Positions 53,240 to 64,000 of a stretch of DNA of 64,000 nt are shown piece after piece. How positions within the stretch are numbered: position 1 is the first letter of the stretch; the number at the start of each line of letters is the position of its first letter. This stretch comes from Eledone cirrhosa (Eukaryota), in the NCBI GenBank assembly GCA_964016885.1, contig OZ024740.1:18786001-18850000 (forward strand). The letters are read 5' to 3'. The notes under the pieces were generated by a model. The model did no database searches, was not told the origin of the DNA, and saw only the letters and a program-made list of their open reading frames with translations. A program made the translations under genes and the position numbers.

Positions 53240-53568
53240 GTATATCCTAAACGGACGGCAGTCAAAGTCATTTCTTTGCATGGGTTTTTGTCCATTCTAA
53301 AAAGTTAAAATGATAAAGTATTACTACTATATAACTTACATCTATTGTTGTAACACCATTGAAATGCACAAGTTTCACCAATTCACTATTATGCACTAAT
53401 CATCTCAAATGCATTCATGATTTACTAGCTTTGTCATTAAGCCAGTTGCCTCAACTAGATTGCAATTATACTCAAAAGAACTTTAAAATGTCAATCACTT
53501 GTCAGTAATTCACTATGATCATTTAATTATTAGATAGTTGTTGCTTGCATTGCCTTAAAAAATAGTAG

Positions 53569-54629
53569 ACCAGATAGAAAAATGCGTACAGCAAAAAAAA
53601 GTATTATTGTTGGAATATAAACCTTTAAAAATACAGGACAAGAAACTAAAATAAAACTTTAAAAGAATAGGACAAGAAACTAAGATAAAACTTTAAAAGA
53701 ATAGGACAAGAAACTAAGATAAAACTTTAAAGAATTGGACAAGAAATAACAAATTTTACAATAATATTAGTGGCAAAATGTTTTTATTCGTTTCCTGTGC
53801 TATGCCCCAGTATCTTCTTGATTAGTGCATAATAATTGTCATGCTCTCATTGTGCGTTGCCGCTGAGCGGTTGGTTCTGGTTGGGGTTGGTTGGCTGAGC
53901 AGTTCTGCTCCGTCAGAATGACCATTGCAAGAAGAATTGGCCGATGCAGCTGCAGGTCTCCTCCAAGAATGCACTTCTGGTCCCGCAACACCAGACGAAG
54001 ATAGAGAAGACGACCGGGACAAGATGTCGACTCTGACCACCGACTACGGCACCTCCCTCAACCACCGGTCCTCCCTCCCTCTGTCCCGTCATCCCTCCAG
54101 TCCTCCTGCTCCCCCTTCCTGTACCAGAAAGCTGTGGCACGCATTTATCTGGACTGCCCGACTTGAACTCAAGGACAAGATGCAAGGAGAAGATGGACGG
54201 GTTGGTCAAGATCAAGGATGAGCGGGACGACAAGACCGTCCGCTGCTGCTCAAGATCTGTGCTCATGGGCCCATGGGTCCATTCACATTATGCATGACAC
54301 ATGAGGCGTGTCGCCGAATGATGAAATAGGGGTATGGTTATGGCCCAATTGGTGTTCAAACCAGGATCAAATGATCCCCCAGTCTGACGACGACCTCTGA
54401 ATGTGGAACCCAGAGCCTATGAACGTGGAACTCGATTTTTTACCAATAAATATTTTGCAACTAATATTATTGTAAAATTTTTTATTTCTTGTCCAATTCT
54501 TTAAAGTGTTATCTTAGTTTCTTGTCCTATTCTTTTAAAGTTTTATTTTAGTTTCTTGTCCTGTATTTTTAAAGGTTTATATTCCAACAATATTACTTTT
54601 TTTTTGCTGTACGCATTTTTCTATCTGGT
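53569..54629. repeat. Inverted-repeat element: AT-rich arms (53569-53787 / 54445-54629) around a GC-richer core of about 650 bp
   Basis: The arms are reverse complements containing 31-bp subrepeats, with one extra subrepeat in the left arm. Confidence 0.88.
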
Positions 54630-54752
54630 ATATATATCTGAAATATCATTTCATTTTTTCCGTTTATCGTTTTCGGTGCACCCGGCCGATTAACACACTC
54701 GATATGCAAATTGGGCTACTCAGCCGTTAATATGCATAAGGTAAGTATATAC

Positions 54753-54839
54753 GTTCAACAATCTGGCAGGAAGGTATACGTTGCTGACGATAGCTAACAA
54801 GCTTGAAACTAGTACAGCGTTCCTTTGTCAGTGTTGAAC
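54753..54839 (+). ncRNA. Type I hammerhead ribozyme, copy 1 (predicted cleavage after 54814)
   Basis: CGUUG-CUGACGA-U-AGCU(AACA)AGCU-U-GAAAC-UA-GUA^CAGCG. Stem I is extended by GGAA/UUCC, CUGGCA/UGUCAG and GUUCAACA/UGUUGAAC. Confidence 0.9.
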
Positions 54840-55174
54840 AAACGAGCAACGGTGGTTGCTAGACACTACGGCTTAATACGGGATGTTTGTTTACAAACAC
54901 ACCGAGCATTATAATAAATGTTCGGTGAATCCATACGTGCATATATATATGTGTGCATGTATGTATATATATATATACATACTACTGTACGTCGGTATAC
55001 ATATATGTATGTACGTGTACATACTTATATTTAAGTAACAGCCGTACTAAGAGTGGGAAATGAAATATCGTTTCATTTTTTCCGTTTATCGTTTTCGGTG
55101 CACCCGGCCGATTAACCCACTCGATATGCAAATTGGGCTACTCAGCCGTTAATATGCATAAGGTAAGTATATAC

Positions 55175-55261
55175 GTTCAACAATCGGGCAGGAAGGTATA
55201 CGTTGCTGACGATAGCTAACAAGCTTGAAACTAGTACAGCGTTCCTTTGTCAGTGTTGAAC
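55175..55261 (+). ncRNA. Type I hammerhead ribozyme, copy 2 (cleavage after 55236)
   Basis: Same core and stems as copy 1, with one substitution in distal stem I. Confidence 0.9.
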
Positions 55262-55600
55262 AAACGAGCAACGGTGGTTGCTAGACACTACGGCTTAATA
55301 CGGGATGTTTGTTTACAAACACACCGAGCATTATAATAAATGTTCGGTGAATCCATACGTGCATATATATATGTGTGCATGTATGTATATATATATATAT
55401 ATACATACTACTGTACGTCGGTATACATATATGTATGTACGTGTACATACTTATATTTAAGTAACAGCCGTACTAAGAGTGGGAAATGAAATATCCTTTC
55501 ATTTTTTCCGTTTATCGTTTTCGGTGCACCCGGCCGATTAACCCACTCGATATGCAAATTGGGCTACTCAGCCGTTAATATGCATAAGGTAAGTATATAC

Positions 55601-55687
55601 GTTCAACAATCTGGCAGGAAGGTATACGTTGCTGACGATAGCTAACAAGCTTGAAACTAGTACAGCGTTCCTTTGTCAGTGTTGAAC
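55601..55687 (+). ncRNA. Type I hammerhead ribozyme, copy 3 (cleavage after 55662)
   Basis: Identical to copy 1. Confidence 0.9.
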
Positions 55688-55933
55688 AAACGAGCAACGG
55701 TGGTTGCTAGACACTACGGCTTAATACGGGATGTTTGTTTACAAACACACCGAGCATTATAATAAATGTTCGGTGAATCCATACGTGCATATATATATGT
55801 GTGCATGTATGTATATATATATATATACATACTACTGTACGTCGGTATACATATATGTATGTACGTGTACATACTTATATTTAAGTAACAGCCGTACTAA
55901 GAGTGGGAAATGAAATATCGTTTCATTTTTTCC

Positions 55934-56010
<77 letters not shown>

Positions 56011-56013
<3 letters not shown>

Positions 56014-56192
56014 CGGCAGTATCGCTAGACCATCGGGCACCATGTTTTGACGCATAGAGGTACGGCCCTTGCCAGTTTTAGTTCAAATCCCGCCGAGGTT
56101 AACTTTGCCTTTCATCCTTACAGGGTCGATAAAATAAAGTACCAGTAATGTACTGGGTATTTGCTGGCCTTGTGCCACAAGTAGAAACAATT
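56011..56192 (+). mobile_element. Dominant-family SINE directly after the retrozyme array
   Basis: ggcagtatcg...agttcaaatcccgccgagg...ggccttgtgcc. Confidence 0.85.
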
Positions 56193-56654
56193 ATTGTCTT
56201 GTGTTTACTAAAAGATTACTCTATCGTTAAGATGTCACAGCACAAATTCAAATAATTCTTCGAAATATCTTCGCGGAAGAAGAACTTTAAGCTATATTAT
56301 AGATGCGGTTTACTATAATCTTCCCCAGCTATTTGAAAAGGTTTAAAGGTTATTGACAATAAAAAATATAACTAAACAGGTGGTTTGACATCCCACCAAC
56401 AATTTATATATCCCATAATGTTATTCGACAAGCGAAGAGCAGAGTTTATTTACAGCAACACGCCTCAACCTTCACGTCATGAAAAACAACTACTGAAACG
56501 TCATACTAAAAATAATAACATCATATATCCTCTTCGACACATACAAATAAACAAAACATACACATACTAGACTAATTGGTATAAAGTCACTCACACACAT
56601 ATTCCTACAGTGGACTCTTGGTATCATGCAGGGCTGGATTTAATGAAGGTCATG

Positions 56655-56775
56655 GTGAAGGCGCGTGGCTCAGTGGTTAGAGATTTGGATTCACAATCGT
56701 GAGGTTGTGAGTTCGATTCCTGGACCGGGCGATGCGTTATGTCCTTGAGCAATACACTTTATTTCATGTTGCTCC
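56655..56775 (+). mobile_element. Second tRNA-derived SINE family (5' part)
   Basis: A box TGGCTCAGTGG, B box GAGTTCGATTCC, followed by tgtccttgagcaa.acacttt. Confidence 0.75.
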
Positions 56776-57330
56776 TTCTACCTAGAGTTGCGACCGATAG
56801 ATAGTACTAGCAATTGGAAAGCCAATGGAGATAGTGTTTCCTCAGTTCAATTTGAGGAGCTCCACCCCATTCGTTAAGCGAATGAGGTCTGGGATCTTGC
56901 CCTGCAGTGGGGTCCCCACCAGCGACGGCTGTAACAATTTATTTGTGCCCTAAACTGGGTTTTTTACTTTTAGGATGGTTAGAATTTATTTTATTTAATA
57001 CCTGTATGTATAACTTTTCAATTCCAAAGCTGACCTTGATATGTAAAACTGGGAATGGGAGTGCTGTGTATTCTAAGTTTTTGTGCATGAACCATCCCCA
57101 CAAACCTGAAGTGCCTCGGGCTCCCCAAGGTCTAAAGTCTAACCTTGGTTTCATGTCGCGTTTGTTAGGGCACTCCTAACACACCCTCATACCCCCTTTC
57201 ATCACCCATAATGTGTATCTCCGGGCTCTATGTAGACCATTACGCTTTGTCATTCCTGTTCAGACCGTCTGACTCTTGGAACTCCTCCACTCCTCGTGTC
57301 GTTTTACAATAGTATAAGTGGAACAACAAC

Positions 57331-57364
<34 letters not shown>

Positions 57365-57410
57365 ACAGTAGCAATCTCTCTCTCTCTCTACTCTCTATAT
57401 ATATACAACA

Positions 57411-57449
<39 letters not shown>

Positions 57450-57603
57450 ACAGTAGCAATCTCTCTCTCTCTCTCTACTCTCTATATATATACAACAGTA
57501 TATATATATATATATATAATACCAATGAAAGTTGGAAGATCACTGATGAAGGACTGATTTTATTCATATGTAACCCATGTGAAACCACGCAGCGCTCCAT
57601 TTT

Positions 57604-57722
<119 letters not shown>

Positions 57723-57749
57723 ACGGTAGTAATCTCTCTATATATATAT

Positions 57750-58177
57750 GTAGAATCAAACTGTAGAATAAAATCAAACTGCCCTTTTCAAAATAAGTGT
57801 TTAGATAAAAACGTAGTCTATAAATGCACAGTTAAAACTAGTGATAATATATTTAACTATGTCGGTGCCACTTCTACAAAATTTAAAGATCGCTGTAATA
57901 ACCACAATCTTTCTTTCAGAAGATCTGATAAAAAAATCTTCTACTTCTCTTTCACATCTTATATGGAACTTAAAAAGCAAGAATATGGACTACTCAATAT
58001 CTTGAAAAACGATTTCGAAAGCACCTGCGTACCGAAATATGGCTTTATCAAAATTCTGTAAATTGTATATTGAAGACATTTTTTATATAATTAACTGTCA
58101 AAACTCTATTAATCTCAGGACAGAATTATTTAATTCTTGCAGACATCGCCAAAATTCTACATTCAGAACTATGTGTA
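57750..58177 (+). pseudogene. Penelope-like element GIY-YIG endonuclease remnant
   Basis: [25 protein letters not shown]...[17 protein letters not shown], then a frameshift at the A-run near 57930, then [12 protein letters not shown]...[11 protein letters not shown]...CKL...NLRTELFNSCRH. This is the VVY/YVG (GIY-YIG) domain with the C-terminal CRH typical of PLEs. Confidence 0.85.
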
Positions 58178-58296
58178 ATTTATAATATTCCTATAAATCT
58201 TCAAAATGATCCTATCTTCTTTAACAATTTAAATTTTTAATATTTTAATATATTAACATTTGTAGTACTTTCACCTTTCAGCAAAAATTTATTTTA

Positions 58297-58379
<83 letters not shown>

Positions 58380-58505
58380 CGTACGTATAGCACGGAGCGC
58401 ATGTGCATAGACATACACGCACCGTGTTATATTTTGACGGTATTGTATTAGCTCAATGTACGAGAACAGAGCCGTTATATGTAAAGGAAACCAAAGAACG
58501 CTTAC

Positions 58506-58594
58506 ATACTCAAACAGTTTTTATTTGCTTACAATGTTTCATCCATCCCATTGGGTAGGAATCATCAGAGCTTAATAAACACAGTGCTGAGTAT
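58506..58594 (-). ncRNA. Type I hammerhead ribozyme
   Basis: GCU-CUGAUGA-U-UCC-UA-CCC(AAU)GGG-AU-GGA-U-GAAAC-AUU-GUA^AGC. Stem I is extended by UUUAUU/AAUAAA and AUACUCA/UGAGUAU. Confidence 0.8.
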
Positions 58595-59606
58595 AATCTC
58601 TACCAAACTCAGTCACACGAACAATCGGAATACAATAGAGGGTAAAGATAGGGAGATCGGAGATAGCGAATAAGGAGGGAGTACATGCTGGGGTTGTTAA
58701 GCACCACAGCTAAATGCTAGGGCACAAGCAGATCTCACAAGATGCAGATACAATTGATGGCTCACAAAAGCAAAAAATACGAAATAAAAAAGTAAAATTT
58801 TTTTTTATTTTAAAAGGAAAGAAGTGAAAAAAGAAAGAAGAAAAGAAAAAAGAAAGAGTTTTAAGCACATAAAATAGCCAGAGGAATTTAAGTGCTGGTC
58901 CCTATAAAACAAGTGAATAGGATCTCCGTAACTTATAGTTATACAAGCACTAATGTGTTCTTAAGGTACATCCAAAAAGAACACAGCAACTAAAATCCCC
59001 GCCATGGTATACATATACAAGGTATACTGGTAGATTCTTGAATTACGTAGCCCCAGGGTGCTCCACAAGCATATAGACAGGCAACACATAAATGCAAGCC
59101 ATACACAAGCGAAGTGGGGTTATTACAGGATAGAGCTGAGTATAACAGGTATATAGACAGGCACAACATATAAAGCAAGCAATACACAAGCAAAGTGGGG
59201 TTACTATAAGATAGAGCTGCAGCAAAAGCCCCACAATATTATTTAAGTTACTGTAAAACCAACTGGCAAAGAGTTGCTACACATGTATATTAACCGTATA
59301 GGCCATACCAATCGGTTACATATTGTCTAACGGTTATATATAAATAGGATTGTCATTAGATAACCAATCAGTCTAAATTATACAACATATATATGTGTAG
59401 GTATGTACAGCATATATATATATAGGTATATACAGCATATATATGTGTAGGTATGTATATTCCCTCTGATAGTTTGTAAAACTTTTACATAGATCTATAT
59501 GATATACATACCAACACACACATATATATCCTAGAAACGATCGTAAAATGATGAATTTTTTAATATAAGGAACTGTTTCTTTGTTTTTATTCATTGTTTT
59601 TATTAA

Positions 59607-60939
<1,333 letters not shown>

Positions 60940-61019
60940 CTATTACCCACTCTACTACCCTAAGTATTGAGTACTTTGGTGCGTTATGGTCCATCTGGTT
61001 CCTTACCACATTTCCTTCG

Positions 61020-61065
<46 letters not shown>

Positions 61066-61512
61066 ATAGATATTTATAGATATTTAGTTATATCTATATA
61101 ATTTTAATTTTAATTTTAATTTTTTAATTCTTGCATTATATTTTTCCAATGACACCATCTAAAGCTATTTTTTAAAGATTAATAACCATTAACTGACTTT
61201 AGAAAAATGCATCCTATTCAAGACGATGTTAAAACATTCACATTTCTTTCAACTAAATAATTAATTAATCTCACACTAACTCTTAAAAAATGTATCGATT
61301 AACAAACAAAATAGGAGTCATCTTTCCTTTGTCAATCATATAAACTTATTATACCTAACTCCGTTATCCCCGGTAACTCATATTATAAACATCCACCTAA
61401 AACTTGAACCACCTATTTATTTATTTATTTATTTATCTATATAAAACACAAAATCTACACCCTCGTAACTCATATTATAAACAACTAATAATTGCAAATT
61501 ATCTCTTTAATA

Positions 61513-61700
61513 ATTGTTTCTACTTTTGGCACAAGGCCAGCAATTACCCAGTGTATTACTGGTACTTTATTTTATCGACCCCATAAGGATGAAAGGCAAA
61601 GTTAACCTCGGCGGGATTTGAACTCAGAATGGCAAGGGCCGTAACTCTATGCGTCAAAGCATGGCGTCCGACTCTCTACCGATACTGCCAATCCACTTTA
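61513..61700 (-). mobile_element. Dominant-family SINE
   Basis: Near full-length copy. Confidence 0.85.
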
Positions 61701-62085
61701 ATACTCTACCGATACTACCAATCTCTTTAATAATAATACATATATAGATATTTATATATTTAACTCACTACAATATTATAAGATAAATACTTACAAACAT
61801 AATTCTCCATATAAATATATACATAATATAGGTAAATATTCAAATTTATTTCCCACAAATTAACGCATATAAGTGGTCTTCTTCCTTTTTCCTTTTCCTT
61901 TTCCTTCTTCTTTTTACTTTTCCTTTTCCTTTTTCTTCTTTCTTTCTTTCTCCCCTAATATATCTAAACTTTCCATCGCGATTAAAATAACGGTTTTTCA
62001 AACATATAATTCAACCTTATTTACATATTCATTTGCATACTCATCCTAAAAGTTTGAAAAATCCGTTCTTTAATCCAAGGAAAAT

Positions 62086-63046
62086 TCAACTTTTTAGCCC
62101 AGCTAATGATCTAAAAAGTCTTGCACAGAGTCGGCAACCAAAACATTCACTGGGAATAGTCGGCTGTGGTTGGAGTTCGTGTACTTTTGCATGTCGCTTG
62201 AGCCCTCCTGCTGATTTACATTCTCTACCACATGCTTGGCAAGCATGATGAGTAGCATCTCCAACGGCAGCCTGGTAGTCAACCACTGGTCTAACTTTAT
62301 GACTGCGAAGATGACTTTCGAGTCCAGCTTTGCTTAGGCAGAGTCTCGCACAGACGTTGCATGTCAGCACCATAGCAGGACCCTCGCCGTCTGGAAGTGC
62401 AACAGCAATGTCCTTCCTCACATCCCGCTTTACTTTCTCGTATGCGATTCGAGATGCCTCAAAGGCAACTTGCCCCTCATATACAGTCTTTCTCCATTTA
62501 TTACGATCAACAGCAACATTTTCCCATGTATCAGCAGAGATGTTAGCGTCTTCAAAGAGCCTTTCAACGAATCCTTATACCTCTTTTTTTGGTTTATGTG
62601 GCGGTCGTTTTCCTTTAACTAACTCTCCATAAAAGAGTTGTTTTTGTATTCTAGAATCCTTCATCCTGGCAAGGTGACCACTCCAACGGAGTCGTTGCTT
62701 AAGCACAAGAGCTTCTATACTGTCACACATAGAGCTTTCCAAAATCTCGATATCACTGATGTAGTCCCTCCAGTGAACGCCATGGATCCGTCTGAGACAC
62801 ATCTGATGGAAACGCTCCAATTGTTTAAGGTGGTGTCGATATGGGACCCAGGTCTCGCAGGCATAAAGAAGAGAAGAGAGCACACACCTTTACCTTTGTC
62901 TTCTTGCATATGTCTCGCCGACCCCAGAGTCGCCTTTCTAGCTTTCCGAAAGCATCACTTGCTTTCCTCATCCTAAGTGAGATTTCACTATCAAGGTTGC
63001 TGTATCGATTGACAGTGCTTCCCAGGTAGACAAACTGATCAACCAC
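62086..63046 (-). mobile_element. 5'-truncated RTE-clade LINE (RT C-terminus plus three C2H2-like fingers), frameshifted
   Basis: VDQFVYLGS...[94 protein letters not shown]. The 5' side abuts a SINE. Confidence 0.9.
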
Positions 63047-63469
63047 TCCAATAATAATAATTTTTCTGCTTTTGGCACAGATCCAGCGACTGCCCCAGCG
63101 CATTACTGGTGCTCTCTTTTGTTGACTCCGTGGGGATGAAAGGCAAGGTTGACCTCGTCGGGACTTGAGCTCGGAGCGTGGAGAGCCATAGCTCTATGCT
63201 GTAAAACAATTATAATAATACTGAACTGTAACACGAACGGCTTCAACTATACGAACTCTTGAAAGTCAACAGTTGACATAATCTTGTAATCTTGTATCAG
63301 TAATGACGGTAATATATATATATATATATATGTGTTTGTGTAAGTGAGTAGCGTGTGTGTGTTTGTTTGTATGTATGAGTGTTGGTGTGCGCGTGCGTAT
63401 GTATGTGTGTGTATGTCGTACGTATAAGTGTCAATAATTGGGACATACATACATACATACATTCATATA

Positions 63470-64000
63470 GAGAGGATTGCAGCGTCTTCACAGACGATTG
63501 CCGTCTCTTAATGATTCTTCGTTATCATCCCATCTGTGACCATGACTTCGTAGTGGACTTTGTAGACCAGCTGTAGATCTGCATGGTTTACTAGACAGGT
63601 GACAGAAGAGAGTTGTGCTTTCCACAGGAGCCGTGGGTCACCCTGTGGGACACAATCTTTATGTACCACCATGTGTTTTTTAGTTCGGAACTACACACTT
63701 TGTTGTATATCACGCACGTTGTTTCGCCAGGTCTTTGTTGTGGGTGGTTATCCTTTCATGAGACTTCAGGTGATTAGCATAACCAGCCTTTGAGAGGAGT
63801 ACACACTGACAGAAATTGCATGTCCAACTACTGATGACTTCATCAAGACTGAGCGCAGCCCTTCCGGAGCTGACGCTTCATTTGTTTATGTTCTAGACGA
63901 CATTCCTCAAACGTTTTGTAACTGCCCTTAATGCGCCTTCTCCATTCAGCCGTATTTAGAGCTATCTTCTCCCAGTTGTCTATATCAAATGCCAGGTTTT
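63470..64000 (-). mobile_element. Second decayed RTE-like LINE 3' end, running off the window
   Basis: Minus strand has remnants such as KPCRSTAGLQSPLRSH and I.NWEKIALNTAEWRRRI..SYKTFE, similar to the 62-63 kb element. Confidence 0.6.

Larger units (their letters stand above)
54639..55939 (+). mobile_element. Retrozyme-like tandem array: three units (422, 426, 424 bp) plus a 29-bp partial unit
   Basis: Unit starts at 54639, 55061, 55487 and 55911. Units are near-identical apart from internal (TA)n length and a few substitutions. Each has one type I hammerhead, there is no meaningful ORF, and the array is flanked by TA repeats. Confidence 0.88.

Noticed and set aside
56655-56730. tRNA gene
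   Set aside because: A and B boxes are present but there is no proper cloverleaf or terminator, and it continues into a SINE body.
57541-57598. CTGATGA...GAAAC upstream of the GIY-YIG remnant
   Set aside because: No UH cleavage triplet or stem I could be paired; at most a decayed motif.

Overview
AT-rich, microsatellite-laden eukaryotic DNA. The SINE family and repeat content look like an octopus/cephalopod genome (inference). The only convincing host gene is three minus-strand exons of an SLC22/organic-cation-transporter-like MFS gene (50089-50308, 47621-47724, 26807-26961; consistent splice sites and phases). One intron holds an 18.4-kb array of 497 in-register 37-bp units, which explains the 6204-aa ORF (judged non-coding). 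The rest is tRNA-derived SINEs, decayed LINEs (RTE, R4/Dong-like, L1/Tx1-like), a hAT element, a Helitron and a Penelope-type GIY-YIG remnant. The main hidden signal is at least 9 sequence-distinct type I hammerhead ribozyme (HHR) motifs, folded by hand, in non-coding elements mostly bounded by (TA)n. They include a head-to-tail trimer of 422-426-bp retrozyme-like units, a 595-bp direct-repeat element with a compensatory U3-A8 core, and fold-back pairs whose symmetry centre lies just 5' of the core. Several have U.U closure of stem II or very long stem II inserts. No folding software or database search was run, so activity and novelty are untested.
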